Virus record (IMG/VR): IMGVR_UViG_3300045988_148355 | Span: 58,966 to 122,965 of that record | DNA from: a virus | Strand: one strand, 5' to 3' | DNA length: 64,000 nucleotides | Shown: positions 1-13,633 of the stretch, piece after piece | How positions within the stretch are numbered: the first letter of the stretch is position 1 | How the letters are laid out: every line of letters starts with the position of its first letter | The notes under the pieces: model-generated | Told to the model about the DNA's origin: nothing | The model's input: the letters and a program-made list of their open reading frames with translations, nothing else | Databases searched by the model: none | Program-made: the position numbers and the translations under genes

Positions 1-2
1 CT

Positions 3-773
3 GGATATATTATTAATAATAAATTAAATACTATTACTAAAGATACAACTCTTAATGATAGTATTAGCAAGTTAATTGATAATAGCGACAGTAAATATAA
101 TACTTTATTAGGTCAAACTAATAATAGTTTCGGTAAAGATGCTGTTCCAACTCTTTATGGCTTAAGACAAGGAATTAATAGCGATAGAGATAGTATTAGT
201 AATTTAAGTGATAAAATTGATGTTCTGAACGGAGCAGAATCTACAACGAATTCTGTGACTTATAGTATTAAGTAGGCTATTAATAAATTAGATAAAGCTG
301 ATAATAAGGTAGATAAACAATTTGTCACCGCTGTTGAGGAAAAAGATGGTCTGATAACTGTTTCAAGAAGCGCCTTACAAGAAAGCGATTTACCTATTAC
401 TTTTGATGGAACTTATAGTAATAGTAATAAAGTTGCTACTATGAGTAGTTTAAATACTTTGAAAACAAATCTTTTAGGTGGTTATACTGGTACATTAGCT
501 GATGTAAATACTCTTGCAAGTAGTAAATTAAATGAAAACGCGGTGCGTGATCTTACATATAATGCGACTTCTGGAAATAATGGAGCTAAAACAATAACAG
601 GAATGTTTGATTTAATTGTAGAATTATAGAGTAAAAATACACAGTTAAATACAACTATTAAAGCATTATAGGATAAAGATACGGAATTAAATAAATTGAT
701 TACAGAATTAAGAACAGATGTTGATGAATTAAAAAAGAAAATAAATGCTAATACTCCATCTGAAACAACTTAA
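3..773 (+). CDS. 3' part of a coiled-coil tail fiber/structural protein (5' end outside window); in-frame TAG at 273, 627, 669; stop TAA 771
   Basis: Frame 0 is open from the window start to TAA 771 apart from three TAG codons. Residues are Ser/Thr/Asn-rich with a C-terminal heptad-like stretch. Track ORF 441..629 is one fragment of it. Confidence 0.55.
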
Positions 774-780
774 TTTAAAT

Positions 781-815
781 AAAGGGTTTGGTCTTAATAG
801 GCCAAACCCTTTTAG
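781..815 (+). terminator. rho-independent terminator
   Basis: Hairpin aaagggtttggtc / gaccaaaccctttt followed by a T-rich run directly after the TAA. Confidence 0.5.
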
Positions 816-861
816 TATTAATTAAAAAGATTTTATAAATAATAGAAAGGAGTCGATTATC

Positions 862-1443
862 TTGCCTAATACATTAAATAAATATGTAAAATTTGTCAGA
901 GGTTCTAAAGTTGCTTTTGAAAATTTAGGAACAAAAAGAGACAATGATACTTTATATTTTATTTATGGAGAAAATGATTCTTCTGGAGAACTTTATTTGG
1001 GTAATCGTCTAATTTGCGGTGGAATTAGTTCTGCAGGTAAGTTAAGCGATTTAAGTGATATTGTTCTTAATGAAGTTAAAGCGAATCAAGTTTTAATTTA
1101 TGATGAAGGACAAAAGAAATGGATTAATTAGGGTTTAGAAAATAATGAAACCTTAATCAATTCTATTGTTGAAAAATTATCTACAGAAGAGAATTTAGCT
1201 AAATTAGCTCCTGTTTTTAAGGGCGTAGTTCCAGGTTTAGTTCCTGTTTCCTTGCATGAAACTAAAGGAAAACATATTCTTACCGATGCAGGTACTTGGG
1301 TGAATATGCCAGTGGGAACATTAACTTAGGGAGATATTGAAACAATTAATATAGCTAATAAATATTTAGTAGATAAGGGTCCTGATAATTTGGTAACTCG
1401 TGTTGAAGCAGTTGAACAAACTGTTTCTTGGGCTGATATTTAA
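862..1443 (+). CDS. tail-fiber-like protein carrying the phage fiber N-terminal motif (KFVRGSKVAFENLG...LYFIYGE...GELYLG); TTG start; TAG at 1129 and 1327; TAA 1441
   Basis: RBS aaggag 8 nt upstream of the start. Track ORF 862..1131 continues in the same frame through two TAGs to TAA 1441. Confidence 0.55.
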
Positions 1444-1457
1444 AGGAGTGAAAAAGA

Positions 1458-3125
1458 TTGAACGTTAAGTTTTTAAAAGGCTCTCAAGCCGAATTTGAAA
1501 GAGTGGCAGGTAGATATAAACCTGGTGCATTTTATTTAGTAATTAATGATGATAAGTCCGCTGAGGATTATAAAAAACCAAGTCGTCTTTATTATGGTGT
1601 AGATGAAAATAATTGCGTTCCTGTAAATCAAGGTATTAATGTAATTAATACTACCGCAGATTTACCTCAAAGTTTTACTCAAAACACCGCTGGCGAATTT
1701 TATTATGTAAAAGATAAAAATATTTTATGTATTAATAATGGTAAAGATTGGATCCAAACTAATACCGATACTGTTTTAGATACTGATAAGAAGAATAGTA
1801 ATGTATCAGTAAATAGTAATCCTGAAAAACCTAATGGAGTTTCTATAACTAATACTATTGCTGATAGTAGTGGTAATATTATTACTGAAACTTATGATGT
1901 TGTTGGCAGTGATTATATTCAGGTTGAAGCTGTTCCCGCAGTTGGTGATAAAGGCGTAGATACTGTTAAACTAAGTTTAAAAGGAATTAATTATCAATTA
2001 GGTTCTTCTTTAAATAAAAAAACTTTAAATGTTAATTTAAAGAATGATGATGCTGATGCGGGTAATTTTAATATTATTGCTGGTAGTAATGTTAATATTG
2101 CTGAAACTTCCACAGGAAATTATACTTTAAGTGTAGACAAAGCGGTCAATGAATTTGCCATTAACAATCATGCTACTGGTACTGGTTTTACTGCTTCTAT
2201 TACTGGTCCTGGTATTGAAGGAAAAAATAGCACAACTTTATCTGCGGATATCGATCCAGAAATTGCTTTAGAAGGTAAAAGCGGTGGTTATAAGTTCAAG
2301 AATGGCGTTTTAACTCTTCCTGTTTATAGTAAGCAAGATATTGATAATCAACTTAGAACCATTAATGCTATGGTGTTTCGTGGTGGATTTTAGATTACCA
2401 ATGGAGCAATTGTATATGATGATACAAAAATTAATACAAATCCTAATATTGCTAAGGGTAATACTTTTATTTACACTGGAGCTGATGATGTTCTTTGGGA
2501 TGGCCATTATTTACGTACCGGAGATTTAATTATTGCTTCTGGCGAAGAGGTTGAAGGAATTATTACTGGTACTATTAAATGGACTTATGTGCCTTCTGCT
2601 GATGATCCTGTTACTGAAGTTGAAGGAGCCAGTGATAATAGTACTACTGGTTTTATTATTAAACTTGGTTCTACTAAAGAACTTTTAGATTACACTCTTA
2701 ACGGCGAAAGTGGTATTGTTTTAGAAACAAAAGTTTTAGAAGATTTAAAAGGTCAACCTACTAATTCTAAAGTTGTTACTATTAAACATAGCAATACTTT
2801 AACTGTAAATGATCCAGTCCCTCAAGATTATGCTGATGAACAAACTATTACTATTAACGAGCCAACTGAGATTGATGCCCAAGGACATGTGGTAAAATCT
2901 ACTCAAAAGACTTTTACAGTAAAAAATACTCACCAAGAAATTTTGGCGAATGGCTATACAACGAATGGAACTGATACTTTAATTCCTAGACTTAAAATTG
3001 CTGGTGCTGATTTTGAAAATGAACCAATTACTTTTACTAGTGATAGTTTAAAAGTAAATGTTTCTGCAACAGCTGAAAAATCTAACGCTAAAGTCAATTT
3101 TGAGTTAGAGTGGGGAACATTCTAA
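1458..3125 (+). CDS. tail fiber protein (~555 aa) formed by merging track ORFs 1458..2393 and 2589..3125 across in-frame TAG 2391
   Basis: Both ORFs are in frame 0 and the stretch between them has no TAA/TGA. N-terminal motif FLKGSQAEF...LYYGVDENN matches the phage tail-fiber N-terminal domain. RBS aggag upstream. Confidence 0.6.
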
Positions 3126-3186
3126 GGGCAATACTATTTAATAATAAATATAATTTTTTCTATTTTATATAGAAGAATGTTTTTAT

Positions 3187-3226
3187 GGGGAAAGATGAAA
3201 TATTCTTTCCCCATATTTTTTTTAGG
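3187..3226 (+). terminator. rho-independent terminator
   Basis: Hairpin ggggaaagatgaaatattctttcccc followed by a T9 run. Confidence 0.5.
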
Positions 3227-3243
3227 ATAGAAAGGAGTAAATT

Positions 3244-6200
3244 ATGTCTAAGATACGTTTTCGTCCCGTTTAGGGCCCAGAAGAAAAAATAAAGGCATAT
3301 CCTCAAACTGATGGATATTTTTATGTGGCAACAGATACAGGACGAGTTTATTTAGATACAGCGACTGAGAATAAAATACCGATAGGCTCAAGCGGAGTTT
3401 AGGTAATTTATGGAACTGAAAAAGAAGTCGAAATTGATTATGATGCAGATGAGAATCCAATTGGATATTCAATTCATTTATCTAATTTATCAAGTTCTAA
3501 TCCTCATATAAATGATTTAATTTTAAATAGCGATGGAGCATTTTATCGTATTAAAAAATTTAAATTAAATGATGATAAAGAAAAAGTTGCAAGTTGTGAA
3601 AAATTATTGGCGGGTGGTGGAAATCAAGACCAAGAAATTAAAGTAAATGGTACTGTTTCTTTAACTTTAGATGGTCCTACTGATGTGCTTAATGGTGAAT
3701 CAGTAAGTGTAACCGCTCTTGTAAAATGTAGAACAATAAACGGAGATCCAGTTCTTGATTCTGTTGAAGGCACTTTAACTATTAGATAGAAAAAAAGTGA
3801 TGGTTCTTGGGAAGATATTTATAGTGAAGCAAAAACTTATCAACATAATAAACCAATTACTATTGATATTTCAGCTCATTTAAGAAAATCTTCCACACAT
3901 GAAATTGAGTTTATTGTTAGTAAAAATAGTGATCCTACTAACAATCATTTTTCTACAACTAAGAAAACTCAATTTATAACTACTCATGAATTAACTCTTT
4001 AGTGGTAGGAAAGTAAATTTAATAATAATTTGCCTTTTGACAATGGTTAGATTAATATTACTTGGTTAATGTCCAATAAAGTAAATAGCGCTATTGAAGT
4101 TTATTTTGATAATTATTTAGTTTTAGATAAAGAATATGATAATACTAATACTAGAAATGAAGATAGTATTACTATAACAAAGAATACAATTATTTTAAAT
4201 AATAATAATGATTCTATAATAACTTTAGCAAATTATTTTCTTCATGGAGAACATACCATTAAAGCTAAACTTTATTTAGTTAATAGTGGTGAAAAAGGAA
4301 ATGGTACTGATTTTATTGAGAAAGAAATTGTTATTTTAGATAAAAGTAGCAAAACTCCTTTAATTTGGACTGGGGATTTTAAAACTGAATATTACACTTA
4401 TGAAACTATTAGAATTCCTTTTAGAGTATATGATCCCAATGTAATAATTGCGAAAGTTAGCTTGTATAAAAATGGTGTCTTATTAAGTACTCGTGAAATT
4501 GCTGATTAGACTATATGGCAATATTGGGAAATTACTAATCTTTCTGTTAATGATAGTTCCTATTATACAATTAAAGTAGGAACTGAGCCATATGATTATT
4601 CTCGTAATTTTACTTTTACAATTAAAATAGACCCATTGAGAAATATGGAATTGGCTAGAAGTAATGATTTAAAAGTTAATTTTGTTGCTACTGGACGCTC
4701 TAATTCTGAGAGTAAATTAAGCCGTGAAACATTAGAAATTAATGGTAAATATGCGGAATTTAAAAACTTTAATTGGTATAATAATGGTTGGGTTTTTGAT
4801 GATAATAATACTACTTGTTTAAGAGTTAGTAATGGAGCTGAAGTCTCTATTCCTATTGGATCATTATCTTTTGATAATAGTTCTTCTACTCCTACTCATA
4901 GTATTGAAATTCAATTTAAAATTAGAAATCCACAAAATTATTCTAAAGTAATTACAAAGTATACTCGTTATAAAGCAAGTGATGATTCTGGAAAATCTTG
5001 GACTGATAGAGACGCTTGGAATGCATTTAAAGATTAGTCTACTTATGTTAATTATGATGAATTCTTAACAAAAAAATATTTACCAGAACATCCAGAAGCA
5101 CCAAGTTATGATGAATTAACTTATAATGGATTAGATCAAGATTTTAATTTAAATAATCTTGTTTGTGCTTACGGTTCTTTAAAAAATCCTTTAGGTATTT
5201 ATTTTAGCCCTCAAGATGCTGTATTTACAGCTAATGGCGATGAAGAGACTGTTTCAGTTGATTTTGTAGAAGATGAAATGTTATATTTAACATTTGTTTA
5301 TACAAGTTCTAAGCCTGGCCATACTGGTGGAGATTCTAAATTATTAGAAATTTTTTTAAACGGTGTTTTAACTAGTGTAGCTCGTCGTTCTGATAAATCT
5401 AGCAATTCTGCTTGGACAATTGATTCTGATGTGATTAAATTTATGTCTAATACTTGTGATATTGATATTTATAGTATTAGAGTTTATGATGCTAGCTTAA
5501 CTATTCCTGACGTAGTTTAGAATTATGCTTTTGATAAAAAAGATATTAATCAATGGGACCAAAAAGATTTATATGATTATAATACTATTTTAAACGATTA
5601 CGTATTTTCTTATCGCAAAATGCTTGATTACAATACTGACCATAGTGATAAACCATTAATGCCATATATTATTTTAAAAACTACTAAAAATAATAGTGAA
5701 AGCACTGATAATAGACTTCCATACTCTAAAGAGAATGGTGCTCAAAAAGGAACTATGGAATTCGTAAATGTCCCATTAGATATTGCTTATGCTAAGGGCG
5801 AACTTGATAAAATAGTTGAAAAAGAGGGTTGGAAACCAGTAATAGATGAAGAAACTAAGGAAATAAAATATACTGCGGTATAGAATTATTATTTACATCA
5901 TTGCCCCAGCTTTATAACTCTTTTTGATAAAGCAACATTTTAGGTTTAGGGAACTTCTTCTCGTAATTATCCAAGACGTAATTATAAGGCTAAATGTAAA
6001 GAAGCTATGTTTATGAATAGAGGACCTTTTGAATCTATTTATAAAGAAGAAGAAGCAAATAATAATTTAAATACAAAAAGTAAGAGTTATCTTAAATTTT
6101 TCTATATGGATAATAATACTGTTGGTACTACTAAGTTTACTCTAAAAATTGATTTTATGGAATCTTCTGGAGATTATAATAGAGGATTTGCTAATTTAGT

Positions 6201-9200
6201 TAATGAAACTTATTCTAAGCATCCAATAGAAGATTATCAGGAGTCTTTTGATAAATATGATTTATATGAAAATGCTGATGATTATAGAACTTCTATGAAA
6301 GGATATCCTGTTTTAGCATTTCATTGGCCTTCAACTAATGACAATGAATATAGTGAAAATGATATTATTTATATTGGAAAATATAATATGTTATTAGATA
6401 AGGGGTCTGATGAATGTTTTGGATTTAAACCTGATAAAAAGGTTTTATAGAATCAAATTAATGGAACTCCAAAAGTAAGAGATATTGCTGAATGTTGGGA
6501 ATTTTAGAATAATTCAAGAACATATTGTTCTTTCCGTGATCCTTGGAATAGATATAAATTATCTTTTAGACCTCCATTAATGGATGATAAAAATTCAACA
6601 GGTTACTTAACTTCTGGCGGAGCTCCAATAGTTGCTGACTCTTTCGAAGTTAGATATAACTCTAATGATGATTTAATCACAGACCAATTATTTAAGTGCA
6701 TTTCAGCGGAAGCTACCGACGCAGATAAGATAATTGAATTTACTGACGCAATAAATAATACAGTTCCCGATAGATTAAAATCAGAAACCATTATTGATAA
6801 TTCTACTGGCATTAAACATAAACAATGGACTATTACTAATCCAGGACAAAATCCTATCATCTTTGATATGAAGAATAGAAATACTTCTCGTGAATTACTT
6901 CTTGCATTAATGTCAAATTGGGAAGATGCCGTAAGTTGGGTTTGGAGTACTTGTTTAGATTGTAGCATTGATTTTGATGGAGTTTTATATGAAATTCCTT
7001 CAATGGGTCAATATGAGAAAATAGATTTAGCTGAAGCTAAGTATGAGCCAAATAAATATTATCTATTTGATAAAGTTGATGAAAATGGTAGCGAAACTTA
7101 TAAAATTGCCACTGAAGATTTTAATTTAGAAGAAAAATATTATATTTATAATAAAGACAGTAAAGTTTATAGTATAATTAAATTAACTGATGATGATAAT
7201 AAAGTTTATTAGATAAATAAATACTATATTTTATAGAATTAGGATAATAAAATTTATATCTTAGATTCTGAAAAATATAATCCTTATACAACTTATTATT
7301 CTTTTATTGAAGATGAGAGCCAAATTGATGATAGATGGTTATTACCTACACCGATAACTTATAACTCAATTACTTACCATAAAGATAGTAAGGAATATCG
7401 TCAAGCTAAATTTAAAAATGAGTTAAGCAATTATTTTAATATTGAATATTTAGCTACTTACTTTTTAATGACTGAAATTTTTGAATGTTATGACTCTCGT
7501 GGTAAAAATGCGATGTTTGCTTCTTGGGGTCCTCAAAAAGGAAATATTGAAAAAATCACTGGAATTCAACATTATATTTGGTATCCTATTTTTTATGATA
7601 TTGATACTCAATTAGGTATTAATAATACTGGTATTCCATCATTTGAATATTATGTTGATGCTACTGAAGATGGTAGTTATTCTACTAATGATAGTGTATT
7701 ATGGAATAATTTCTATACTTTCTTTAAGAGCAAAATTGTTGATAAATACAAGCAATTAATGGGTAAGCCAAATGGATCTTATGATTAGAGCCAAGTAAAA
7801 CAAATTTTTAAGAAAGAATCTGGAACTTCCTCTAAAAAAAGTGATGTTGTTGATAAATGGTATAAAACAGATCCTTCTTTATTCCCAGGTAGTTATGCTG
7901 TATAGGGAGAGCGTCCTATTATTGCTTTAAATTTAGATGAAGAATATAAATATATTATTCCAACTAATTCAGCGGCCAAGGATACTATTTTTGGTCGTAT
8001 TACTAATGGTGGTTAGTATGAAGTAGAAACTGATTAGTATTTTTATGCTTTATAGGGTGACCGCAATCTTTATCGTTCTCAATTTTTAACTAATCGTCTT
8101 AATTATATTGACTCTTGGTTAACCGTAGATGAATATTCTGGAGATAGTGGTAGTAATAATATTATAAGTCGTATTTCTGCTAACAATCCGAATACTACAT
8201 CTGATGAATGGATTGAAGGAACTAATAATTAGGGATTAACTAATTTAATACCAAATTCTCCTTATTGGAAAGATGGAGTTGAATTTGGCGCTAAAAATCA
8301 TATGTTCGATGGTGAATATTGGATTGAGATGGAACCAGCACGTCGTTCTTATGTTACTGTTGGAACAGACGGAGCAAATTTCCCATCTTAGAAATATGAT
8401 GGTTTAACTCCAGTTAGATTTACTGCCCCAGACTTAAAAAAAGGTATTATGTCAAGTGGTAATTATCGCGAACAATTATATTATATTTACGGACTAGAAC
8501 AAATGAAATCTCTTGGAGATTTAAGTAAATTATATTTCCAAGAATTATTCATTAGAGGTAAAGCTAATAAATTAGTAGATTTATTATTAGGATATGATGG
8601 TCTTTCCGAGCAAGGAAAAGAATATAAAAATAATGATGTAAATAATTGGAGTTATCCTAGTGAAGGTATGCCTCTATTAAAAGAAATGAATCTTTGTAAT
8701 ATTAAATTTTTAAATCCAGTAGCTTTAGATTTAACTAAAAGTGAAAAATTAGAAAACTTTAGAAATACCGGTTCTAATGTTACTAAAGTTTAGTTTGCTG
8801 AAGGAGTTGCTTTAAATACTTTATATTTAACTGATTATACAAATTACTTAAGTTTAATAGAAGCAAATCTTTTAACTAAATTAGTTACTAAATATGTATA
8901 TCCTACAGTTAATCCTATTACTAATCGTCTTGAGGTTGCAGAAGAAAATAAGGGGTTATATATTAAGAATCTAACGGATGTCGGAGATACCGCAATTACA
9001 ACAAGTATAAAAACTTTTGATATCCGTGGTGGTAATTTAGATTATTATTCTTATGAATTATTAAGACGTTATTATCTTGGGTGTGAAAAAAGTAATTTAA
9101 TGGGATGTGAAATTAATTTAACTAATGTCCAATGGAGTCCTTATAGACTGTTAAATGATGATAAAACAGAATTGAATAGTAATATTGAGTATTATAAAGA

Positions 9201-10944
9201 TAATGGACACTTCCAATTAGAAAAAATTAATATAGAAGATATAAGTAAAATTACTCCAAGTGAAATAAAGAATAATTTAATTTATTATTATGATAATAAT
9301 ATAAATGGATATAATGATATTCATAATAAAATTACTGATTATACTTTATTACGTAATTTATATAATAAAGCTCCGGTTTATTTCAAAGGTATTAATTAGA
9401 CTCATCCTAATATAACTGGTGTTATTTATATTGAAAATGCTCAAGAAATAGAAGAACATGTGATTCAAGAAGAACTGCAAAGTATTTATCCTAATTTAAT
9501 TATTTTTGTAAAAAATGTTAAAAAAGAATATTCTGCTAAATTTGTTCTTGAACAGGAAAATACGGATGGAGTACTAACTCAAGAAATTTTAAAAACTTAG
9601 AAATTACCTTTATCAAGCACTAAGTTTTTTGATAATCCTACGAATTCTTCAAATGAGACTTATATTTCTTTTGGCAGCTTGCAAGAAAAAATGCCTACTT
9701 ATGACTTTAAAGGTTGGGAAGATGATACTGGTGAATTAATAATTACAATTGGAAAAGATGTAAATGAAAAAGATATTGTTTTAAAAGATAATTGGGATTC
9801 TTTATCTTTGCGATCTGATAAAATAGATTATATTTTTAAAGCGAGATTTGAGCGTAAATCTTATACAATTACTTTTGTTAATGGCGATCGTGTTATTGAT
9901 GATTCAACTGTAAAGAAAGTATTTAATTATGGTGAAAGAATTACTGTTCCAGAAGAATTCTATTATTTTAATAATACAGAAGTATCTGATTTACCAAAAG
10001 GTGAAGACTCATTAGAATGGACTTGGAGATAGACGGGATGGGCAGATAAAGATGGAGTTAAAATTGATTTAACTAAACAATTAGCTTATTCCGACCGTGA
10101 ATTCTATGCTGTTGGAGAGCCGATTAGTGTTTATGATAATATTTTAACTAATGATTCTACTCATAAATATTATGATATTATAAATTCTGATGGAGAGTTA
10201 TCATTTGTAATGACTGACTTAGCTAAGAATTTAAAAGGCAAAGTTACTTTACCTACAACCTATAATGGCTAGCCAATTACAAGGATTAGATATACTTAGG
10301 TGAATCCCTCTGCAGCTGTTGGTATTCAAGTAAATCCTAATATTACAGCAATATTTTTTGCTCCAAAAGATAGTAATAAAGTTTCTGTAATAGATGATTA
10401 TGCTTTTATTTTAGATGAAGGATTAGAATATTTCCAATTTAGTAATTGTTTAAAGAAAATTGGTATTAAAGCATTTTATAGATGTCCTTTAAGTTATAAC
10501 AATATAATTCCTTATTCTTCTTCAACTGAAGGATTAAGTTTTGGATCTCAAGCATTTTATCAAAGTAAGATGGGATCTTATTCTCCTTATAATTTAATTA
10601 TAGAAGGATGTAAAGATGGTATTCTTAATTTTGATTTAAATGCATTTTCTGGTTAGACAATTTTAAATATGTCTGGTAATCAATTTAAAGGATATACAGG
10701 AGCTATTTAGATATAGATTGGTACAAATAAACATCCAATTAAACAAATTACTGTTGATAGTTCTGGTAATATTTTTACCCCTAGTCGTACTGGTATGCCT
10801 ACTATTGTTAATGGATATACTGGTCGTTTTAGATATTATTATGTTGGTAGCTATGGTGAAAATGTTAAAAATACTTTACACAATATTTATGAGGCAATGA
10901 TATCTAATAGAGCGAACTTTGAAGAAGAACCTATTGTAAAGTGA
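3244..10944 (+). CDS. giant structural protein (~2,566 codons; tail fiber, host-specificity or tail-associated protein) containing ~33 in-frame TAG codons; ATG 3244, stop TGA 10942
   Basis: Fourteen track ORFs (4069.., 4636.., 5278.., 5620.., 6007.., 6580.., 7468.., 8449.., 9100.., 9679.., 10300.. and others) all lie in frame 1 (start mod 3 = 1). They are separated only by TAG. The first TAA/TGA in this frame after 3244 is TGA 10942. RBS aaaggag at 3231-3237. Confidence 0.55.
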
Positions 10945-10953
10945 GGATAAATT

Positions 10954-11155
10954 ATGGAAAAAGAAATTGTTTATAGATATATGGGTTCTAATGGTATTAT
11001 TGAATCTTCTATATAGTTATCAGGAATTTCTGCAACTACTTTATATAGATTAATAGCAGATTACAATAAAAAATTAACGAGAGATGGAAAAGAGTTTTTT
11101 TTCATCTCTCCTTTAGTTCCTGAAAATGAATTAAAAGAGTGGTATGAGGTTTAAA
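10954..11155 (+). CDS. small hypothetical protein (66 aa, one in-frame TAG)
   Basis: An ATG follows the TGA of the giant gene after a ggataaatt spacer. The frame is open to TAA 11153. Confidence 0.35.
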
Positions 11156-11188
11156 TAGGCCAGAATACATTGATTTAAATATAAAAAA

Positions 11189-11232
11189 AATTAGGTTAAA
11201 TAGGAAAAGAAACTATTTAACCTAATTTTTTT
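11189..11232 (+). terminator. rho-independent terminator
   Basis: Inverted repeat aattaggttaaata...tatttaacctaatt followed by a T6 run. Confidence 0.45.
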
Positions 11233-11250
11233 AGAAAGGAAGAGATAGAT

Positions 11251-12927
11251 TTGATAGTTAAAAATGATAGCGTTATCGAGCAAGCTAAGTGGGAAGAACT
11301 TCAAAAGAAAATCAATACTTTAGCTAAAGATAACAAAATAAAAAACGTTAATGGAAAAATCGTTGAAATAAAATCTATTGAAGACTATTATAGTAACATC
11401 ACTGGTATTGTTCAAATGAAGAAGCTAGATCCATCTGTTCTTCGTATACCTTTAGATGAGCCTATTATAAATATAAATGCTGATACTCGTCAAATTGAAT
11501 TAACTAAAGAGTTTGGAAAAACTCAATTGCTTACTGTTGAAAATGATCATTTGGCAGAAACAATTTATTTTCAAATTGATAGATATTTTGATTTATAGGA
11601 TTTGGCGGCTGATGATATTAAAATTTATATTTAGTATTATTTAAACGATCAAATTCAAGGTTATTCTGAAGCTATTTGCCCTGATATTGGTACTGCTGGA
11701 AAATTAATTTTTGGTTGGCAAATTAGTGATGAAGTAACTAGTGAATCTGGTACTTTATAGTTTTCTATTATTTTCTTCAAAAAGAATCCAAAAGATAATA
11801 ATAATTTAATGTATGTATTTAATACATTACCTGCGCAAATGGTTATTAATAAAACTTTAGACATTGATGAAGATTTAGTTACTGCGCAACCTGTTGATTA
11901 TTTAACTGGGTATTTAGAAAGCTTAATTGATTCAAAGAAATCCGCAGGCTTTGGAGTTCCTGATAATGTGGCTTTCTTGACAAGTATTTTGAATAACAAA
12001 TCAGTTTATTTAACTGGTGATAAATTATATGCTTTAGCTTATAATGATACTTTAAATAATCCAGATAATACTACTATTGAGTATAAATGGATTTGTAATT
12101 ATAGAGGAACTAATACTGAATTAAAAAATGGTATTGGTTATGAATATAAAAAAATTGTTGATGATAATAGTATTTTTAGTGGAGATATGGCTTATAATGA
12201 AAAATTGACCTATTTTACTAAAAATGGAGATACTTATATTAATAGTAGTAGTGATATTAATCTTGAAAATTATGTTGCTAAAAAGAATGACCTTTATTTA
12301 AAAGTTCAATATTGTGAAGTTGATGGATGTGGAAGTTATAGTGTGACAGCATTTGGCGCAACCGCGAATCAAGTAAGTAAAGAAGTTAAATGGGTAGGAT
12401 TAAGTGTTGTTGTGGAAGGTATCAGTGAAGATTTTAAAATTATTCTTGATCCCTCTCCTGATAATGGATGTTATTATGGCTCTTCTAATACAATTACTGC
12501 TATTGGATAGAATGATGAGGGAGTTCAATGTACTTATCTTTGGACAAAGAATGGATCTGAATTTAGTAATGAAAAAACTGTAACTTTAACTCAAGAAGAT
12601 AATTACACTTTAACAGTTCATGGGTATAAAAATAAAGATAATATAGATTATGGTCCAATTAATTTTACTAATTATTTTGATCCTATTAATTTAGTGCCTA
12701 CTGGTGAAGTAAAAACTGAAAATGGAAAATATATTGTTAATATCACTAATACTAGTGAGTTGGGAAATGGAATTTATGAATATTAGTGGAAAAATGCTGA
12801 AGGTGTTACTCAAATAACTACTTCTGGAACTAATAATGCAATAGAAATAAATGAAAATATTACTCAAGTGGCTGTCATTATCAAAAAAGGCGAAAGAAAT
12901 TCAAAGCCAGGAGTACTTACGATATAA
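11251..12927 (+). CDS. structural protein (~558 aa) with a conserved VENDHLAETIYFQIDRYFD motif; several in-frame TAGs; TAA 12925
   Basis: Track ORFs 11251..11598 and 11809..12510 share a frame and are joined through TAGs. TTG start preceded by RBS gaaaggaag. Confidence 0.5.
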
Positions 12928-12939
12928 GAGGTAAGATAA

Positions 12940-13560
12940 ATGATAACTAATCCAACTGATTATTATAGCGTTTTACATCAAATACAAGATGAAAATTTCC
13001 CGGTAAAATATCCAGCTCTTCCGGCTCCAGAAGATGAAAAATTAGTTTAGGTAAATTTAAATTCAAGGACTATTAGTAATGAAAATAATTATATTACAGT
13101 TGAGGGTGATCACGCTGCTGAAATTATTTATTTTGAAATAGATAGATATTTTGACACTATGGATTTAACTAATATGATGTGTATTATTCAGTATATTAAT
13201 GCTGATAATGAAAAACGCATTTATCCAGTTCCATATTATGATACTTTGACTCATAAAGATAAAATTATTTTTCCTTGGGTTTTAAATTATAGCGCTACTA
13301 AAAAATCTGGTAATTTAAATTATATGATAACTTTTTACAGAATAGAAAAAGATTCTAATAATTTATTATATAATTTAAATACATTACCAGCAAGTCTTCA
13401 GGTTTATTCTAAACTTAATTTAGATTCTATCGTAAAAGAAGAAGATTATTATGTAATTGATGATAGCCAAGTAGTTCAACAAATTTGGGAGCGTTTAGCT
13501 CGTTTAGAAGGATTTGTTGGTGGTAATGGGTTGGATGTTTATTGGATTGTTCTTGAATAA
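12940..13560 (+). CDS. paralog of the preceding gene (motif VEGDHAAEIIYFEIDRYFD); one in-frame TAG
   Basis: ATG 12940 preceded by RBS aagagg. Same frame as track ORF 13159..13560. Shares N-terminal architecture with the 11251 gene. Confidence 0.5.
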
Positions 13561-13568
13561 ATAAACTA

Positions 13569-13605
13569 AATGGTATAGAATTATTAATTTAATTCTATAC
13601 CATTA
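13569..13605 (+). terminator. hairpin / putative terminator
   Basis: Inverted repeat aatggtatagaatt / aattctataccatt directly after the TAA. Confidence 0.4.
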
Positions 13606-13633
13606 ATTTATAGAAAGGAGTTATTGAAGATCG

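Noticed and set aside
2310-2529. Small ORFs 2310..2507 (-) and 2341..2529 (+) inside the tail fiber gene.
   Set aside because: They overlap a continuous, motif-supported + strand gene that reads through TAG 2391. They are artefacts of treating TAG as a stop.
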